NCBI GenBank assembly: GCA_032718475.1
Contig: JAUCBJ010005225.1
Coordinates: 1-59,614 of the forward strand
Length of the DNA: 59,614 bases
Reading direction: 5' to 3'
DNA from: Nemertoderma westbladi
Taxonomy: Eukaryota; Animalia; Xenacoelomorpha
Positions 51,101 to 59,614 of the stretch are shown here, piece by piece. Position numbers and translations under genes: made by a program. A model generated the notes under the pieces. The model was not told where the DNA came from, did not search any database, and saw only the letters and a list, made by a program, of their open reading frames with translations. How positions within the stretch are numbered: position 1 is the stretch's first letter; every line of letters starts with the position of its first letter.

Positions 51101-54100
51101 AGTTAGAACAATATCTACAAGAAAAGGACGAACAAAGAGATAATTACAAAGTTAGTGAGATAGTTAGAACAATATCTACAAGAAAAGGACGAACAAAGAG
51201 ATAATTACAAAGTTAGTGAGATAGTTAGAACAATATCTACAAGAAAAGGACGAACAAAGCGATAATTACAAAGTTAGTGAGATAGTTAGAGCAATATCTA
51301 CAAGAAAAGGACGAACAAAGCGATAATTACAAAGTTAGTGAGATAGTTAGAGCAATATCTACAAGAAAAGGACGAACAAAGCGATAATTACAAAGTTAGT
51401 GAGATAGTTAGAACAATATCTACAAGAAAAGGACGAACAAAGCGATAATTACAAAGTTAGTGAGATAGTTAGAGCAATATCTACAAGAAAAGGACGAACA
51501 AAGCGATAATTACAAAGTTAGTGAGATAGTTAGATCAATATCTACAAGAAAAGGACGAACAAAGAGATAATTACAAAGTTAGTGAGATAGTTAGATCAAT
51601 ATCTACAAGAAAAGGACGAACAAAGCGATAATTACAAAGTTAGTGAGATAGTTAGAACAATATCTACAAGAAAAGGACGAACAAAGAGATAATTACAAAG
51701 TTAGTGAGATAGTTAGAACAATATCTACAAGAAAAGGACGAACAAAGAGATAATTACAAAGTTAGTGAGATAGTTAGAACAATATCTACAAGAAAAGGAC
51801 GAACAAAGAGATAATTACAAAGTTAGTGAGATAGTTAGAACAATATCTACAAGAAAAGGACGAACAAAGAGATAATTACAAAGTTAGTGAGATAGTTAGA
51901 GCAATATCTACAAGAAAAGGACGAACAAAGCGATAATTACAAAGTTAGTGAGATAGTTAGAGCAATATCTACAAGAAAAGGACGAACAAAGAGATAATTA
52001 CAAAGTTAGTGAGATAGTTAGAACAATATCTACAAGAAAAGGACGAACAAAGCGATAATTACAAAGTTAGTGAGATAGTTAGATCAATATCTACAAGAAA
52101 AGGACGAACAAAGAGATAATTACAAAGTTAGTGAGATAGTTAGAACAATATCTACAAGAAAAGGACGAACAAAGCGATAATTACAAAGTTAGTGAGATAG
52201 TTAGAGCAATATCTACAAGAAAAGGACGAACAAAGAGATAATTACAAAGTTAGTGAGATAGTTAGAACAATATCTACAAGAAAAGGACGAACAAAGCGAT
52301 AATTACAAAGTTAGTGAGATAGTTAGATCAATATCTTCAAGAAAAGGACGAACAAAGAGATAATTACAAAGTTAGTGAGATAGTTAGAACAATATCTACA
52401 AGAAAAGGACGAACAAAGCGATAATTACAAAGTTAGTGAGATAGTTAGAGCAATATCTACAAGAAAAGGACGAACAAAGCGATAATTACAAAGTTAGTGA
52501 GATAGTTAGAGCAATATCTACAAGAAAAGGACGAACAAAGAGATAATTACAAAGTTAGTGAGATAGTTAGAACAATATCTACAAGAAAAGGACGAACAAA
52601 GAGATAATTACAAAGTTAGTGAGATAGTTAGAACAATATCTACAAGAAAAGGACGAACAAAGCGATAATTACAAAGTTAGTGAGATAGTTAGAGCAATAT
52701 CTACAAGAAAAGGACGAACAAAGCGATAATTACAAAGTTAGTGAGATAGTTAGAACAATATCTACAAGAAAAGGACGAACAAAGCGATAATTACAAAGTT
52801 AGTGAGATAGTTAGAACAATATCTACAAGAAAAGGACGAACAAAGCGATAATTACAAAGTTAGTGAGATAGTTAGAACAATATCTACAAGAAAAGGACGA
52901 ACAAAGAGATAATTACAAAGTTAGTGAGATAGTTAGAACAATATCTACAAGAAAAGGACGAACAAAGCGATAATTACAAAGTTAGTGAGATAGTTAGATC
53001 AATATCTTCAAGAAAAGGACGAACAAAGAGATAATTACAAAGTTAGTGAGATAGTTAGAACAATATCTACAAGAAAAGGACGAACAAAGCGATAATTACA
53101 AAGTTAGTGAGATAGTTAGAACAATATCTACAAGAAAAGGACGAACAAAGCGATAATTACAAAGTTAGTGAGATAGTTAGATCAATATCTTCAAGAAAAG
53201 GACGAACAAAGAGATAATTACAAAGTTAGTGAGATAGTTAGAACAATATCTACAAGAAAAGGACGAACAAAGCGATAATTACAAAGTTAGTGAGATAGTT
53301 AGATCAATATCTACAAGAAAAGGACGAACAAAGCGATAATTACAAAGTTAGTGAGATAGTTAGATCAATATCTACAAGAAAAGGACGAACAAAGCGATAA
53401 TTACAAAGTTAGTGAGATAGTTAGAACAATATCTACAAGAAAAGGACGAACAAAGCGATAATTACAAAGTTAGTGAGATAGTTAGAACAATATCTACAAG
53501 AAAAGGACGAACAAAGCGATAATTACAAAGTTAGTGAGATAGTTAGAACAATATCTACAAGAAAAGGACGAACAAAGCGATAATTACAAAGTTAGTGAGA
53601 TAGTTAGAACAATATCTACAAGAAAAGGACGAACAAAGCGATAATTACAAAGTTAGTGAGATAGTTAGATCAATATCTACAAGAAAAGGACGAACAAAGC
53701 GATAATTACAAAGTTAGTGAGATAGTTAGAACAATATCTACAAGAAAAGGACGAACAAAGCGATAATTACAAAGTTAGTGAGATAGTTAGAACAATATCT
53801 ACAAGAAAAGGACGAACAAAGCGATAATTACAAAGTTAGTGAGATAGTTAGAACAATATCTACAAGAAAAGGACGAACAAAGCGATAATTACAAAGTTAG
53901 TGAGATAGTTAGAACAATATCTACAAGAAAAGGACGAACAAAGCGATAATTACAAAGTTAGTGAGATAGTTAGAACAATATCTACAAGAAAAGGACGAAC
54001 AAAGCGATAATTACAAAGTTAGTGAGATAGTTAGAACAATATCTACAAGAAAAGGACGAACAAAGCGATAATTACAAAGTTAGTGAGATAGTTAGAGCAA

Positions 54101-57100
54101 TATCTACAAGAAAAGGACGAACAAAGCGATAATTACAAAGTTAGTGAGATAGTTAGAACAATATCTACAAGAAAAGGACGAACAAAGAGATAATTACAAA
54201 GTTAGTGAGATAGTTAGAACAATATCTACAAGAAAAGGACGACCAAAGCGATAATTACAAAGTTAGTGAGATAGTTAGAACAATATCTACAAGAAAAGGA
54301 CGAACAAAGCGATAATTACAAAGTTAGTGAGATAGTTAGAACAATATCTACAAGAAAAGGACGAACAAAGCGATAATTACAAAGTTAGTGAGATAGTTAG
54401 AACAATATCTACAAGAAAAGGACGAACAAAGCGATAATTACAAAGTTAGTGAGATAGTTAGAACAATATCTACAAGAAAAGGACGAACAAAGCGATAATT
54501 ACAAAGTTAGTGAGATAGTTAGAACAATATCTACAAGAAAAGGACGAACAAAGCGACAATTACAAAGTTAGTGAGATAGTTAGAACAATATCTACAAGAA
54601 AAGGACGAACAAAGCGATAATTACAAAGTTAGTGAGATAGTTAGAACAATATCTACAAGAAAAGGACGAACAAAGCGATAATTACAAAGTTAGTGAGATA
54701 GTTAGAACAATATCTACAAGAAAAGGACGAACAAAGCGATAATTACAAAGTTAGTGAGATAGTTAGAGCAATATCTACAAGAAAAGGACGAACAAAGCGA
54801 TAATTACAAAGTTAGTGAGATAGTTAGAGCAATATCTACAAGAAAAGGACGAACAAAGCGATAATTACAAAGTTAGTGAGATAGTTAGAACAATATCTAC
54901 ATGAAAAGGACGAACAAAGCGATAATTACAAAGTTAGTGAGATAGTTAGAGCAATATCTACAAGAAAAGGACGAACAAAACGATAATTACAAAGTTAGTG
55001 AGATAGTTAGAACAATATCTACATGAAAAGGACGAACAAAGCGATTATTACAAAGTTAGTGAGATAGTTAGAGCAATATCTACATGAAAAGGACGAACAA
55101 AGCGATAATTACAAAGTTAGTGAGATAGTTAGAACAATATCTACAAGAAAAGGACGAACAAAACGATAATTACAAAGTTAGTGAGATAGTTAGAACAATA
55201 TCTACAAGAAAAGGACGAACAAAGCGATAATTATAAAGTTAGTGAGATAGTTAGAACAATATCTACATGAAAAGGACGAACAAAGCGATAATTACAAAGT
55301 TAGTGAGATAGTTAGAGCAATATCTACAAGAAAAGGACGAACAAAACGATAATTACAAAGTTAGTGAGATAGTTAGAACAATATCTACATGAAAAGGACG
55401 AACAAAGCGATTATTACAAAGTTAGTGAGATAGTTAGAGCAATATCTACATGAAAAGGACGAACAAAGCGATAATTACAAAGTTAGTGAGATAGTTAGAA
55501 CAATATCTACAAGAAAAGGACGAACAAAACGATAATTACAAAGTTAGTGAGATAGTTAGAACAATATCTACAAGAAAAGGACGAACAAAGCGATAATTAC
55601 AAAGTTAGTGAGATAGTTAGAACAATATCTACAAGAAAAGGACGAACAAAACGATAATTACAAAGTTAGTGAGATAGTTAGAACAATATCTACATGAAAA
55701 GGACGAACAAAGCGATAATTACAAAGTTAGTGAGATAGTTAGAACAATATCTACATGAAAAGGACGAACAAAGCGATAATTACAAAGTTAGTGAGATAGT
55801 TAGAGCAATATCTACAAGAAAGGGACGAACAAAGCGATAATTACAAAGTTAGTGAGATAGTTAGAGCAATATCTACAAGAAAGGGACGAACAAAGCGATA
55901 ATTACAAAGTTAGTGAGATAGTTAGAGCAATATCTACAAGAAAAGGACGAACAAAGCGATAATTACAAAGTTAGTGAGATAGTTAGAACAATATCTACAA
56001 GAAAAGGACGAACAAAGCGATAATTACAAAGTTAGTGAGATAGTTAGAACAATATCTACAAGAAAAGGACGAACAAAGCGATAATTACAAAGTTAGTGAG
56101 ATAGTTAGAGCAATATCTACAAGAAAAGGACGAACAAAGCGATAATTACAAAGTTAGTGAGATAGTTAGAACAATATCTACATGAAAAGGACGAACAAAG
56201 CGATTATTACAAAGTTAGTGAGATAGTTAGAACAATATCTACAAGAAAAGGACGAACAAAGCGATAATTACAAAGTTAGTGAGATAGTTAGAACAATATC
56301 TACAAGAAAAGGACGAACAAAGCGATAATTACAAAGTTAGTGAGATAGTTAGAACAATATCTACAAGAAAAGGACGAACAAAGCGATAATTACAAAGTTA
56401 GTGAGATAGTTAGAGCAATATCTACATGAAAAGGACGAACAAAGCGATTATTACAAAGTTAGTGAGATAGTTAGAGCAATATCTACAAGAAAAGGACGAA
56501 CAAAGCGATAATTATAAAGTTAGTGAGATAGTTAGAACAATATCTACATGAAAAGGACGAACAAAGCGATAATTACAAAGTTAGTGAGATAGTTAGAACA
56601 ATATCTACATGAAAAGGACGAACAAAGCGATTATTACAAAGTTAGTGAGATAGTTAGAGCAATATCTACAAGAAAAGGACGAACAAAGCGATAATTACAA
56701 AGTTAGTGAGATAGTTAGAACAATATCTACATGAAAAGGACGAACAAAGCGATAATTACAAAGTTAGTGAGATAGTTAGAGCAATATCTACATGAAAAGG
56801 ACGAACAAAGCGATTATTACAAAGTTAGTGAGATAGTTAGAGCAATATCTACAAGAAAAGGACGAACAAAGCGATAATTATAAAGTTAGTGAGATAGTTA
56901 GAACAATATCTACATGAAAAGGACGAACAAAGCGATAATTACAAAGTTAGTGAGATAGTTAGAACAATATCTACATGAAAAGGACGAACAAAGCGATTAT
57001 TACAAAGTTAGTGAGATAGTTAGAGCAATATCTACAAGAAAAGGACGAACAAAGCGATAATTATAAAGTTAGTGAGATAGTTAGAACAATATCTACATGA

Positions 57101-59614
57101 AAAGGACGAACAAAGCGATAATTACAAAGTTAGTGAGATAGTTAGAACAATATCTACAAGAAAAGGACGAACAAAGCGATAATTACAAAGTTAGTGAGAT
57201 AGTTAGAGCAATATCTACAAGAAAAGGACGAACAAAGCGATAATTACAAAGTTAGTGAGATAGTTAGAACAATATCTACATGAAAAGGACGAACAAAGCG
57301 ATTATTACAAAGTTAGTGAGATAGTTAGAGCAATATCTACAAGAAAAGGACGAACAAAGCGATAATTATAAAGTTAGTGAGATAGTTAGAACAATATCTA
57401 CAAGAAAAGGACGAACAAAGCGATAATTACAAAGTTAGTGAGATAGTTAGAACAATATCTACAAGAAAGGGACGAACAAAGCGATAATTACAAAGTTAGT
57501 GAGATAGTTAGAGCAATATCTACAAGAAAAGGACGAACAAAGCGATAATTACAAAGTTAGTGAGATAGTTAGAGCAATATCTACAAGAAAAGGACGAACA
57601 AAGCGATAATTACAAAGTTAGTGAGATAGTTAGAACAATATCTACATGAAAAGGACGAACAAAGCGATTATTACAAAGTTAGTGAGATAGTTAGAGCAAT
57701 ATCTACAAGAAAAGGACGAACAAAGCGATAATTACAAAGTTAGTGAGATAGTTAGAACAATATCTACAAGAAAAGGACGAACAAAGCGATAATTACAAAG
57801 TTAGTGAGATAGTTAGAACAATATCTACAAGAAAAGGACGAACAAAGCGATAATTACAAAGTTAGTGAGATAGTTAGAGCAATATCTACAAGAAAAGGAC
57901 GAACAAAGCGATAATTACAAAGTTAGTGAGATAGTTAGAACAATATCTACATGAAAAGGACGAACAAAGCGATTATTACAAAGTTAGTGAGATAGTTAGA
58001 GCAATATCTACAAGAAAAGGACGAACAAAGCGATAATTACAAAGTTAGTGAGATAGTTAGAACAATATCTACAAGAAAAGGACGAACAAAGCGATAATTA
58101 CAAAGTTAGTGAGATAGTTAGAGCAATATCTACATGAAAAGGACGAACAAAGCGATTATTACAAAGTTAGTGAGATAGTTAGAGCAATATCTACAAGAAA
58201 AGGACGAACAAAGCGATAATTATAAAGTTAGTGAGATAGTTAGAACAATATCTACATGAAAAGGACGAACAAAGCGATAATTACAAAGTTAGTGAGATAG
58301 TTAGAACAATATCTACATGAAAAGGACGAACAAAGCGATTATTACAAAGTTAGTGAGATAGTTAGAGCAATATCTACAAGAAAAGGACGAACAAAGCGAT
58401 AATTATAAAGTTAGTGAGATAGTTAGAACAATATCTACATGAAAAGGACGAACAAAGCGATAATTACAAAGTTAGTGAGATAGTTAGAACAATATCTACA
58501 AGAAAAGGACGAACAAAGCGATAATTACAAAGTTAGTGAGATAGTTAGAGCAATATCTACAAGAAAAGGACGAACAAAGCGATAATTACAAAGTTAGTGA
58601 GATAGTTAGAACAATATCTACATGAAAAGGACGAACAAAGCGATTATTACAAAGTTAGTGAGATAGTTAGAGCAATATCTACAAGAAAAGGACGAACAAA
58701 GCGATAATTATAAAGTTAGTGAGATAGTTAGAACAATATCTACAAGAAAAGGACGAACAAAGCGATAATTACAAAGTTAGTGAGATAGTTAGAACAATAT
58801 CTACAAGAAAGGGACGAACAAAGCGATAATTACAAAGTTAGTGAGATAGTTAGAGCAATATCTACAAGAAAAGGACGAACAAAGCGATAATTACAAAGTT
58901 AGTGAGATAGTTAGAGCAATATCTACAAGAAAAGGACGAACAAAGCGATAATTACAAAGTTAGTGAGATAGTTAGAACAATATCTACATGAAAAGGACGA
59001 ACAAAGCGATTATTACAAAGTTAGTGAGATAGTTAGAGCAATATCTACAAGAAAAGGACGAACAAAGCGATAATTACAAAGTTAGTGAGATAGTTAGAAC
59101 AATATCTACAAGAAAAGGACGAACAAAGCGATAATTACAAAGTTAGTGAGATAGTTAGAACAATATCTACAAGAAAAGGACGAACAAAGCGATTATTACA
59201 AAGTTAGTGAGATAGTTAGAGCAATATCTACAAGAAAAGGACGAACAAAGCGATAATTACAAAGTTAGTGAGATAGTTAGAACAATATCTACAAGAAAAG
59301 GACGAACAAAGCGATAATTACAAAGTTAGTGAGATAGTTAGAGCAATATCTACAAGAAAAGGACGAACAAAGCGATAATTACAAAGTTAGTGAGATAGTT
59401 AGAACAATATCTACAAGAAAAGGACGAACAAAGCGATTATTACAAAGTTAGTGAGATAGTTAGAGCAATATCTACAAGAAAAGGACGAACAAAGCGATAA
59501 TTACAAAGTTAGTGAGATAGTTAGAACAATATCTACAAGAAAAGGACGAACAAAGCGATTATTACAAAGTTAGTGAGATAGTTAGAACAATATCTACAAG
59601 AAAAGGACGAACAA
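21095..59614 (+). repeat. 61-bp satellite array (~631 copies, >38.5 kb, open at window end) made of the last 15 exon codons plus splice donor
   Basis: Unit GAACAATATCTACAAGAAAAGGACGAACAAAGCGATAATTACAAA|GTTAGTGAGATAGTTA. The 61-bp period is visible as a 1-nt shift per 60-nt line. One 1-bp deletion noticed near 46731. Confidence 0.99.

Noticed and set aside
21095-59614. CRISPR-like array (also considered for 1-2074 and 17971-19545)
   Set aside because: Units are head-to-tail with no unique spacers, there are no cas genes, and the context is eukaryotic.

Overview
This is AT-rich eukaryotic (metazoan-like) genomic DNA, and the whole window lies inside one + strand spliced gene for a charged, coiled-coil-like protein that I cannot name. 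Exons supported by GT/AG sites and open frames are 2572-2672, 3798-3924, 17795-17977 and 21034-21139; a further upstream exon end is inferred from the first array. The most striking feature is that three unrelated tandem arrays (44/47 bp at 1-2074, 45 bp at 17971-19545, 61 bp at 21095-59614) are each built from the last codons of an exon plus its 5' splice donor and the first intron bases. The largest covers more than 38 kb and repeats a donor about 630 times, with layered variant domains and higher-order duplications. The intron after 3924 holds an 11.8 kb TIR/TSD-bounded DNA-transposon-like element. Nested in it are a near-complete two-ORF LINE (APE+RT, 3' end lost), a decayed CRE-like endonuclease fragment, a 60-bp inverted repeat pair and a direct-repeat-flanked ~149-bp array. 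A tRNA-Leu(TAG) and several minisatellites follow. No database searches were run; family calls come from recognised motifs.
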